Positions 6,648-13,341 of a stretch of DNA of 13,341 bases are shown here, piece after piece. The number at the start of each line of letters is the position of its first letter. The first letter of the stretch is position 1. Under the pieces are notes generated by a model that saw only the letters and a program-made list of their open reading frames with translations, made no database searches and was not told the DNA's origin. The DNA is from Candidatus Methylomirabilia bacterium (GTDB lineage: Bacteria > Methylomirabilota > Methylomirabilia > Rokubacteriales > CSP1-6), in contig JBGQHJ010000130.1 in the NCBI GenBank assembly GCA_041497895.1, forward strand, positions 1-13,341. The letters are read 5' to 3'. The position numbers and the translations under genes are program-made.

Positions 6648-7484
6648 ATGCACCTCGGCATCTTCAGTTACAACGTGGAGTACGGCGCGCGGCCGGACGA
6701 GCTGGCCCGCGCCGCGGAGGAGCGCGGCTTCGAGTCGTTCTGGGTCGGCGAGCACACCCACATCCCGGCCGGGCGCCAGACCCCGTACCCGGGCGGCGAG
6801 CCCCTGCCCAAGCCCTACTACCACATGGCCGATCCGTTCGTCTCGCTGATGGCCGCCGCCGCCGCGACCCGGACGATCAAGCTCGGCACCGGCATCTGTC
6901 TGGTGGTGGAGCACGACCCCATCGTGCTGGCCAAGAGCGTGGCCACGCTCGACTGGCTCTCGAACGGCCGCGTGCTCTTCGGCATCGGCGGCGGCTGGAA
7001 CCGCGAGGAGATGGAGCACCACGGCACGCCGTTCGGCCGCCGCTGGCAGGTGCTCCGCGAGCGGGTGCTCGCCATGAAAGCGCTCTGGACGCAGGAGGAG
7101 GCGTCGTTCCACGGCGAGTTCGTCAACTTCGACCGCGCGATCTCGTTCCCCAAGCCGGTGCAGCGGCCCCACCCGCCGATCCTGTTCGGGGGCGCCACCG
7201 CCCAGGGCCGAGCCCGCGTGGTCGAGTACTGCGACGGGTGGATCCCCATCGACGTGCTGCTCGCCGATCTCCCCGCGGCCATCGCCGACCTCCGCCGCAA
7301 GGCCGACGCCGCGGGCCGGGGGGCCGACGGCCTCTCCGTCTCGGTGTTCGCCTTCCAGCCGCCCAAGCCGGACGCGCTGGCCCGCCTGCGCGACCTCGGT
7401 GTCGAGCGCGTCACGATGGTGGCCCCGCGGCGCCTGGCCGACGCCCTGCCGTTCCTCGATCGCATGGCGAGCCTCGAGCCCTAG
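6648..7484 (+). CDS. Luciferase-like (LLM) oxidoreductase, Rv2161c-like, probably F420-dependent, 278 aa
   Basis: Motifs: ARAAEERGFESFWVGEHTHIP, DPFVSLMAAAAATRTIKLGTGICLV..HDPIVLAKSVATLD.LSNGR..FGIGGGWN.EEM, PKPVQRPHPPILFGG, DGWIP. A GGGAG SD lies upstream. Confidence 0.9.
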   Translation: MHLGIFSYNVEYGARPDELARAAEERGFESFWVGEHTHIPAGRQTPYPGGEPLPKPYYHMADPFVSLMAAAAATRTIKLGTGICLVVEHDPIVLAKSVATLDWLSNGRVLFGIGGGWNREEMEHHGTPFGRRWQVLRERVLAMKALWTQEEASFHGEFVNFDRAISFPKPVQRPHPPILFGGATAQGRARVVEYCDGWIPIDVLLADLPAAIADLRRKADAAGRGADGLSVSVFAFQPPKPDALARLRDLGVERVTMVAPRRLADALPFLDRMASLEP

Positions 7485-7487
7485 CCC

Positions 7488-8795
7488 GTGCACACGCTGG
7501 CCTTCCTCGATCCCGGGCACTTCCACGCCGCGCTCACGCTGGGCGATCGGCATCCGCGCGTCCGGGACGAGCTGGTCGTCCACGCGCCGAAGGGCCCCGA
7601 GCTCGACGACTTCCTCGCGCTGGTCGACGCGTTCAACCATCGGCGCGAGCGCCCCACCGGCTGGCGCGTGACGGTCCACGCCGGCGAGCGGTCGCTCGAG
7701 CGTCTGGTGGACGAGCGGCCGGGCGACGTGGTGGTGCTCGCCGGCCGGAACGACCGCAAGCTGGCGACGATCCGGCGACTGCACGACGCCGGCTTCCACG
7801 TGCTGGCCGACAAGCCCTGGATGACGGGCCCGGACGGGCTCGACGATCTCCACCACGTGCTGGCGGCCCCGCGGGCCGGCGCCGACCGTCCGCTCGCCGT
7901 CGAGATGATGACCGGGCGACACGAGATCACCGCCCGGCTGGCCGAGCGGCTGGTGCGGGAGGCCGACGTCTTCGGCCGCTTCGCGGACGGTGGGGCCGAC
8001 GAGCCCGGCATCGAGATCACGAGCGTCCATCACCTCGAGAAGACGGTCGACGGTCGGCCGCTCCGGCGCCCGCCCTGGTACTTCGACGTTCGCGTCCAGG
8101 GCGACGGGATCGCCGACATCCCCACCCACATGGTGGACCGGGCCCAGCGCCTCGTCCGGGCGGCCGCGACGGACCCGGCCGACGACGCTCCGCGGCTCGA
8201 GCTGCTCGCCGCGCGCACCTGGAGCACGGCGGTGCCGCGCGCCCTGTTCGCACGCGTGACCGGGCAACCCGAGTTCCCGCCCGAGCTCGCCGCGGTGGTC
8301 GCCGGATCGGAGCTCGCCTACCGCGGCAACGCCGCGCTCTCGTTCCGCGCCGGGTCGGTCCGGGTCGCGCTCGACACGCGCTGGGACCTGTCGGCTCCGC
8401 CCGGCGGCGGCGACACCCATCGGTCGGTGATGCGCGGGACGCGAAGCCTGGTCCGCGTCGAGCAGGGCCCGGCCACCGGCTTCCATCGCCGCCTCTCGAT
8501 CGAGCCGCGCGGCGAGCCGGAGCGCGTGGAGGCCGCGCTCACGCGGGCGCTAGCCGCGTGGCAGGGCACGCATCCCGGTCTCTCCCTCGCGCCCGCCGCC
8601 GCGGGCTGGGAGATCCGGGTGCCGCCGGCCCTCGACACCGGGCACGAGCGGCACTTCCCGCTGGTCCTGGCCGATTTCCTGGCTCTGGTCGACGACGGCC
8701 GCCGGCCCGCGCGCCTGGCCGCCGACACCCTCGCCAAGTACACACTGCTCGCCCAGGCCGCGGCGAGACCGCGCGACGGCGCCGTCCGGCCATGA
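7488..8795 (+). CDS. Putative oxidoreductase, atypical Gfo/Idh/MocA-like fold, 435 aa
   Basis: GTG start 3 nt after the upstream stop. Motifs: N-terminal FLDPGHFHAAL, DVVVLAGRN, HVLADKPW (xKP motif of GFO enzymes), EMMTGRHE, SVHHL.K.V.G.PLRRP.WYFDV..QG.GI.D...H.VD, GHE.HF. I recognise this pattern as the 'putative oxidoreductase C-terminal domain' family. Confidence 0.75.
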   Translation: MHTLAFLDPGHFHAALTLGDRHPRVRDELVVHAPKGPELDDFLALVDAFNHRRERPTGWRVTVHAGERSLERLVDERPGDVVVLAGRNDRKLATIRRLHDAGFHVLADKPWMTGPDGLDDLHHVLAAPRAGADRPLAVEMMTGRHEITARLAERLVREADVFGRFADGGADEPGIEITSVHHLEKTVDGRPLRRPPWYFDVRVQGDGIADIPTHMVDRAQRLVRAAATDPADDAPRLELLAARTWSTAVPRALFARVTGQPEFPPELAAVVAGSELAYRGNAALSFRAGSVRVALDTRWDLSAPPGGGDTHRSVMRGTRSLVRVEQGPATGFHRRLSIEPRGEPERVEAALTRALAAWQGTHPGLSLAPAAAGWEIRVPPALDTGHERHFPLVLADFLALVDDGRRPARLAADTLAKYTLLAQAAARPRDGAVRP

Positions 8796-9604
8796 CCACC
8801 GACACGGACCGCATCGCGCGGTACTGGGGACGCGAGCACCTCGCGGAGGCGATCCTCGCCGCGCTGACCGCCCGCGGCGTGAGCCTCGACGCGCTCACGG
8901 TCGACGCCCTGGCACCGGTGGATCAGTTCCACGGCGGGGGCAAGCCGGTCACGGTTCGTCTCGCGAAGCTCGGCGCGGCGCGGCCCGGGATGCGCGTCCT
9001 CGACGTGGGCGGCGGCTTCGGCGGGCCCGCGCGCACGCTCGCGGTCGAGTTCGGCTGCCACGTCACCGGGATCGACCTGACCGAGTCCTACGTCCGCGCC
9101 GCGACCGTGCTCACCGAGCGCATGGGCCTCCAGGATCGGGTCACCCACCGGGTCGGCAACGCGCTGGCCCTGCCCTTCCCCGACGGCGCGTTCGACGCGG
9201 TGTGGACCCAGAACACCGGCATGAACATCGCGGACAAGGAGGGCCTCTACGCGGGCTTCCATCGCGTCCTGCGGCCGGGGGGCCTGCTCGCGCTCCAGGA
9301 GCCGATGGCGGGGCCGGTACAGCCGGTGATCTACCCGGTCATGTGGGCGCGCGACGCCTCCACGAGCTTCCTGCGCCCGCCGGACGCGATGCGCGCGGTG
9401 ATCGAGGCCGCCGGCTTCCGGGCCCGCGCCTGGGAGGACATGACCGCCGAGACCGCGGGGCCCGCCACCGGGGCGGCGATGCCGGCCCACAGCATCGCGC
9501 GCCTCGTGATGGGCGACGCGATCGACGGGATCGTCGCGGCCGGGCATCGCAACCGGGACGAAGGCCGCATCGTCTCGGTCCAGGCGGTCTTCGAGCGCCC
9601 GTGA
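8792..9604 (+). CDS. Class I SAM-dependent methyltransferase (sarcosine/dimethylglycine N-methyltransferase-like), 270 aa
   Basis: ATGA overlap with the upstream stop (MTTDTDRIARYW). Motifs: LAPVDQFHGGG, VLDVGGGFGGPAR, VTGIDLT, ALPFPDGAFDAVWTQ...MNI.DK, RVLRPGG. Confidence 0.88.
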   Translation: MTTDTDRIARYWGREHLAEAILAALTARGVSLDALTVDALAPVDQFHGGGKPVTVRLAKLGAARPGMRVLDVGGGFGGPARTLAVEFGCHVTGIDLTESYVRAATVLTERMGLQDRVTHRVGNALALPFPDGAFDAVWTQNTGMNIADKEGLYAGFHRVLRPGGLLALQEPMAGPVQPVIYPVMWARDASTSFLRPPDAMRAVIEAAGFRARAWEDMTAETAGPATGAAMPAHSIARLVMGDAIDGIVAAGHRNRDEGRIVSVQAVFERP

Positions 9605-9610
9605 CCGCCC

Positions 9611-9639
9611 TCGACAACGCGCGGCCCGCTGGCTAGGAT
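9611..9639 (+). promoter_or_regulatory. Sigma70-type promoter for the M20/DMFase-like/PTE operon
   Basis: TCGACA (9611-9616), a 17-nt spacer, then TAGGAT (9634-9639). The -35 matches TTGACA at 5/6 and the -10 fits TAnnnT. It sits in the 43-nt gap and ends 8 nt before ATG 9648. Confidence 0.62.
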
Positions 9640-9647
9640 ACCGACCC

Positions 9648-10997
9648 ATGAGCGACGTCCTGACCGGCCAGACCGTGGAGCTGCTGCAGCAGATGATCCG
9701 CAACCAGTGCGTCAACGACGGCACCGTCCAGTCCGGGCAGGAGGTCCGCACCAGCGATCTGCTACGCACCTACCTCGAGGGCAGCGGCCTCGAGATCGAG
9801 GTCTACGAGCCGGTCGCGGCCCCGGGCCGCACGAGCCTGGTCGCCCGCATCGATGGCAGCGATCCGGCGGCGCCCACCCTGTGCCTGATGGGCCACACCG
9901 ACGTGGTCCCGGTGAACCCCAAGACCTGGACGCGCGATCCCTTCGGCGGCGAGCTCGTGAACGGCGAGGTCTGGGGGCGCGGCGCGCTCGACATGCTCAA
10001 CATCACCGCCTCCCAGGCGGTGGCGCTCAAGACGCTGGCGCGGCGCGGCTGGCGGCCCCGGGGCACGCTCGTCTACCTGGCCTGCGCGGACGAGGAGGCC
10101 GGCGGCACGCTCGGGGCCGGGCACGTCTGCGCGGAGCACTGGGACGCGCTCGAGGCGGACTACTGCCTCACCGAGAACGGCGGCACGGTCAGCGCGGGCC
10201 CGCACGGCCACGGGCTCAACGTCACCGTCCACGTCGGCGAGAAGGGCGTGGCCTGGCGCCGGCTGCGGGTCAAGGGCACGCCGGGACACGGCTCGATGCC
10301 CCACGGGGCGGACAACGCGCTGGTCAAGGCCGCACACGTGGTGAGCCGCCTGGCCGACTACCGGCCCTCGCCCTACGTGGACGAGCTCTGGCGCGGCTTC
10401 GTCGCCACCCTCAACCTCGCCCCCGCGGTGAAGGCCGCGCTCGTCGACCCGGCGCGCGTCGACGAGGCCATCGACGGGCTCGCGCCCGGCATGGCGAAGT
10501 ACGCGTGGTCCGCCACCCACACCACCTTCTCGCCGAACGTGTGCGGCGGCGGCGTCAAGACCAACGTGATCCCCGACGTGGTCAACGTCGAGGTCGACAT
10601 CCGCACCGTCCCCGGCGACAGCGAGGACGAGGTGCGGCGCCATCTCGACAAGGCGGTGGGCGGCGACCTGATGGAGGACGTGGAGATCGAGAAGCTCTTC
10701 TCCAAGCCGGCTTCCGCGTCGCCCACCGGCACCCCGCTCTGGGACGTGCTCGGCCGTGTCGTGGGCGCGCACTACCCGGGCGCGCGCCTGCTGCCGCGCA
10801 TGATCGTGGGCTTCACCGACGCGCCCTACTTCCGGGAGAAGGGCGCGATCGCCTACGGCTTCGGCCTGTTCTCCCGGGCCCTCACCGCCGAGGCCATGGC
10901 CGGCCGGTTCCACGGCAACGACGAGCGCATCGACGTGGAGTCGCTCGCGCTCACCACCCAGGCCTGGCTCGAGGTGTGCGAGCAGTTCCTCGGGTGA
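9648..10997 (+). CDS. M20/M25/M40 family metallopeptidase/amidohydrolase (ArgE/DapE/aminoacylase-like), 449 aa
   Basis: Metal-binding and catalytic motifs: GHTDVVP, WGRGALDM, ADEEAGG, TENGG, and C-terminal FHGNDERI. Also GHGSMP and GGVKTNVIP in the dimerisation domain. Confidence 0.93.
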   Translation: MSDVLTGQTVELLQQMIRNQCVNDGTVQSGQEVRTSDLLRTYLEGSGLEIEVYEPVAAPGRTSLVARIDGSDPAAPTLCLMGHTDVVPVNPKTWTRDPFGGELVNGEVWGRGALDMLNITASQAVALKTLARRGWRPRGTLVYLACADEEAGGTLGAGHVCAEHWDALEADYCLTENGGTVSAGPHGHGLNVTVHVGEKGVAWRRLRVKGTPGHGSMPHGADNALVKAAHVVSRLADYRPSPYVDELWRGFVATLNLAPAVKAALVDPARVDEAIDGLAPGMAKYAWSATHTTFSPNVCGGGVKTNVIPDVVNVEVDIRTVPGDSEDEVRRHLDKAVGGDLMEDVEIEKLFSKPASASPTGTPLWDVLGRVVGAHYPGARLLPRMIVGFTDAPYFREKGAIAYGFGLFSRALTAEAMAGRFHGNDERIDVESLALTTQAWLEVCEQFLG

Positions 10998-13183
10998 TCC
11001 CGCTCACCGGCTACACCGACCGCCTCTCCGCCGCGCCCGGCGAGCGCATCGCCTTCAAGATCTCCAGCGCCGCGGCCGGACCGTACCGCGCGAGCCTCGC
11101 GCGCGTCGTGCACGCCGACCCGAACCCGGCCGGGCCGGGCGTGAAGATGGTGGACCTGGCCGCTCGCTTCGCGATCGAGCGGCCCTCCCGCGTGCAGCCG
11201 CTCGCGCTGGGATCCTACGCGCGCGTCGACGCCGCGAGCGCCCTGCCCGCCGCCGGCCCCCTCACCCTGGTCGCGCTCGTGTGGCCGACGCTCGCCGCCG
11301 GCCGCGAGCAGTGCGTCGCGTCGCGATGGGACGATTCCACCGGCGCGGGCTGGGCCCTCTCCCTCGGGCCCGCCGGCGTCACCGCGCGCCTCGGCGTGCC
11401 CGGCGGGCCGCCCCTCGTGCTCGCCACCGGGCTCGCGCCCGCCCTCCGACGCTGGCACCGGATCTGGCTGGTCGTGGATCCCGCCGCGGGCGTGCTGCGC
11501 GTGGGTCAGCTCGCGCTCGGGGGCGGCGAGCGCCGGGAGGCGTCGGCGCCACTGAGCCCGGGGGCCCGGCCTCACCCGCGGGCCCCGCTGCTGCTCGGGG
11601 CGCGCCTGGCCGGGGAAACCCGCGAGCACTTCAACGGGAAGATCGAGGATCCGCTCCTGCTCGCGGTCGCGGCCGCCGCGCCCGAGTCGGTGGTGCTCGA
11701 CCCCCTGCTGCCTCCCGACGGACTCGTCGCCGGCTGGGACTTCTCCCGGGGCATCGACGGGCTCGACATCGTCGACGTCGGCCCCCACCGCCTCGGCGGG
11801 CGCCTGGTGAACCTGCCCACCCGCGCGGTCACCGGCGCGCGCTGGACGGGGCGCGAGATGTGCTGGCGCCACGCCCCGCGCGAGTACGCGGCCATCCACT
11901 TCCACGAGGACGACCTCCACGACGCGGGCTGGGCCACCGACTTCGACTTCACGGTGCCGGAGGATCTGCCGAGCGGCGTGTACGTGATGCGTCTCGCCGC
12001 GGTGGGCCACGTCGACGAGCTGCCCTTCTACGTGCGGCCGCCCCGGGGGCGGCGGAGCGCGGACGTCCTCTTCATCGCGTCGACCTACACCTACCAGGCC
12101 TACGCCAACCACGCGCGGGGCAGCACCGACGCGGCCTACCGGGAGCGCGTCGCCGCGTGGGGCGCCGCGCCTCACAACCCGGACGACCACCCGGACTACG
12201 GCCGGTCGACGTACAACCGTCACCGGGACGGCAGCGGCATCTGCTACTCCTCTCGCCTGCGCCCGGTCCTGACGTTCCGCCCGCGCTACCTGACCTTCCT
12301 CGACGCGCGCGGATCTGGCATCCGCCACTTCTCGGCCGACACCCACCTGCTCGACTGGCTCGAGGCGCAGGGCATCGCGTACGACGTGGTGACCGACGAG
12401 GACGTCGAGGCCGAGGGCGCGGCCCTCCTCGCCCGGTACCCCACCGTGCTGACCGGCTCGCACCCGGAGTACCACACCGCGGCCACGCTCGACGCCCACG
12501 CGGGCTATCTCGCGGGCGGCGGCCGCCTCGTCTACCTGGGCGGCAACGGCTTCTACTGGCGCATCGCGGTCAGCCCCGCGGTGCCCGGGGTGCTCGAGGT
12601 GCGCCGCGCCGAGGGCGGCATCCGCACCTGGGACGCGCAGGCCGGCGAGTACCATCACGCGCTCGACGGCAACTACGGCGGCCTCTGGCGGCGCAACGGG
12701 CGCCCGCCGCAGCGGCTGGTGGGAGTCGGCTTCTCGGCCCAGGGGCCGTTCGAGAGCTCGTACTACCGCCGCCGGCCCGGCGCCGACGACCCGCGGGCCT
12801 CGTGGATCATGGAGGGCGTGAAGGACGAGGTGGTGGGCGACTTCGGTCTCTCGGGCGGGGGCGCCGCCGGTTTCGAGCTCGACCGCGCGGACCCGGCCCT
12901 CGGCACTCCGGCCGGGGCCATCGTGCTGGCCAGCTCCGAGGGATACGGCCCGGCCTTCGTGGTGGTGCCCGAGGAGCTGCTCTCCCACATCTCGACCGTC
13001 ACCGGTGAGGCGCCCGCGCGGATGCTGCGGGCCGACATGACCTACGTCGAGCTGCCCGGCGGTGGCGCGGTCTTCGCGGTCGGGTCGATCACCTTCTGCG
13101 GCAGCCTGTCGCACAACCGCTACGACAACAACGTCTCGCGGATCCTGCGCAACGTGCTGGACCGCTTCCGGAGGCCGTCATGA
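10994..13183 (+). CDS. N,N-dimethylformamidase large (beta) subunit family protein (DmfA2-like), 729 aa
   Basis: GTGA overlap with the M20 stop (VIPLTGYTDRLSAAPGERIAFKISS). Collinear with DMFase large-subunit motifs as I recall them: H.DPNPAGPG, HFNGKIE.P, WDFS.GI, FHEDDL.D..W, TYQAYAN, STY..H.DG, DTHLLDWL, LTGSHPEY, YLGGNGFYW, GGGAAGFELDR, GSLSHN.YDNNVSR...NVL.RF. Confidence 0.9.
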   Translation: MIPLTGYTDRLSAAPGERIAFKISSAAAGPYRASLARVVHADPNPAGPGVKMVDLAARFAIERPSRVQPLALGSYARVDAASALPAAGPLTLVALVWPTLAAGREQCVASRWDDSTGAGWALSLGPAGVTARLGVPGGPPLVLATGLAPALRRWHRIWLVVDPAAGVLRVGQLALGGGERREASAPLSPGARPHPRAPLLLGARLAGETREHFNGKIEDPLLLAVAAAAPESVVLDPLLPPDGLVAGWDFSRGIDGLDIVDVGPHRLGGRLVNLPTRAVTGARWTGREMCWRHAPREYAAIHFHEDDLHDAGWATDFDFTVPEDLPSGVYVMRLAAVGHVDELPFYVRPPRGRRSADVLFIASTYTYQAYANHARGSTDAAYRERVAAWGAAPHNPDDHPDYGRSTYNRHRDGSGICYSSRLRPVLTFRPRYLTFLDARGSGIRHFSADTHLLDWLEAQGIAYDVVTDEDVEAEGAALLARYPTVLTGSHPEYHTAATLDAHAGYLAGGGRLVYLGGNGFYWRIAVSPAVPGVLEVRRAEGGIRTWDAQAGEYHHALDGNYGGLWRRNGRPPQRLVGVGFSAQGPFESSYYRRRPGADDPRASWIMEGVKDEVVGDFGLSGGGAAGFELDRADPALGTPAGAIVLASSEGYGPAFVVVPEELLSHISTVTGEAPARMLRADMTYVELPGGGAVFAVGSITFCGSLSHNRYDNNVSRILRNVLDRFRRPS

Positions 13184-13341
13184 CCATGGTGGAGACCGCG
13201 CTGGGCCCGGTGGCGACCTCCGAGCTGGGCCCCACCCTGATGCACGAGCACATCGTGACCCGTTCACCCGGCGTGCAGGAGAACTGGCCGCACCTCTGGG
13301 ACCGTCCGGGCATCCTCGCGCTTGCGGAACGGAAAATGGCC
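13180..13341 (+). CDS. Phosphotriesterase-family (PTE/PHP/PLL) amidohydrolase (3'-truncated by window edge)
   Basis: Not in the ORF track. ATGA overlap at 13180-13183. The translation MTMVETALGPVATSELGPTLMHEHIVTRSPGVQENWPHLWDRPGILALAERKMA has the V.T..GP.....LG.TL.HEH N-terminal metal-binding signature. Confidence 0.88.
   Translation, partial: MTMVETALGPVATSELGPTLMHEHIVTRSPGVQENWPHLWDRPGILALAERKMA

Noticed and set aside
4700..6661. 860-aa minus-strand ORF read as a giant methyltransferase fusion
   Set aside because: The first ~650 aa are antisense to the crotonase and dehydrogenase genes, a typical high-GC stop-poor shadow. Only 4079-4699 has recognisable motifs.
7238..8791. Long N-terminal extension of the 788-aa methyltransferase ORF
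   Set aside because: It is an off-frame overlap with two real genes and has low-complexity R/A/P/G composition. The real start is the ATGA overlap at 8792.
9707..10993. 1158-aa ORF suggesting an extended or fused DMFase
   Set aside because: The first 429 aa overlap the M20 gene off-frame. DMFase similarity starts at GTG 10994, and I saw no slippery site suggesting programmed frameshifting.
10853..13114. 753-aa antisense ORF and 575-aa alternate-frame ORF (11281..13008) over the DMFase-like gene
   Set aside because: Neither has recognisable motifs, and both are expected by-products of extreme GC codon bias.
1..13341. CRISPR array, tRNA/rRNA, IS elements, phage or defence genes
   Set aside because: I saw no spaced direct repeats, RNA gene signatures, or transposase/integrase/nuclease motifs, and nearly all the sequence is explained by enzyme CDSs.

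Overview
High-GC bacterial window (roughly 70%+ by eye) of densely packed catabolic and accessory enzyme genes. I found no RNA genes, CRISPR array, transposase or phage genes. Layout: (+) a 5'-truncated metallo-beta-lactamase-fold hydrolase and a cytochrome P450, ending at a GC-rich hairpin. (-) a class I SAM methyltransferase overlapping mgtE, then a near-consensus sigma54 promoter upstream of a decayed response-regulator receiver gene that runs in frame into the orphan 3' end of a GlcG/HbpS-type heme-binding gene. (+) a divergent run of crotonase, CtBP-like D-2-hydroxyacid dehydrogenase, LLM-class (Rv2161c-like, probably F420-dependent) oxidoreductase, atypical Gfo/Idh/MocA-like oxidoreductase and SAM methyltransferase. 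(+) from a separate sigma70-like promoter, three overlapping metallohydrolase genes: an M20 peptidase, an N,N-dimethylformamidase large-subunit homolog with no adjacent small subunit, and a 3'-truncated phosphotriesterase-family protein. The most interesting elements are this hydrolase operon and the sigma54/pseudogene region at about 1945-2690. All family calls come from motif recognition; no database search was run.
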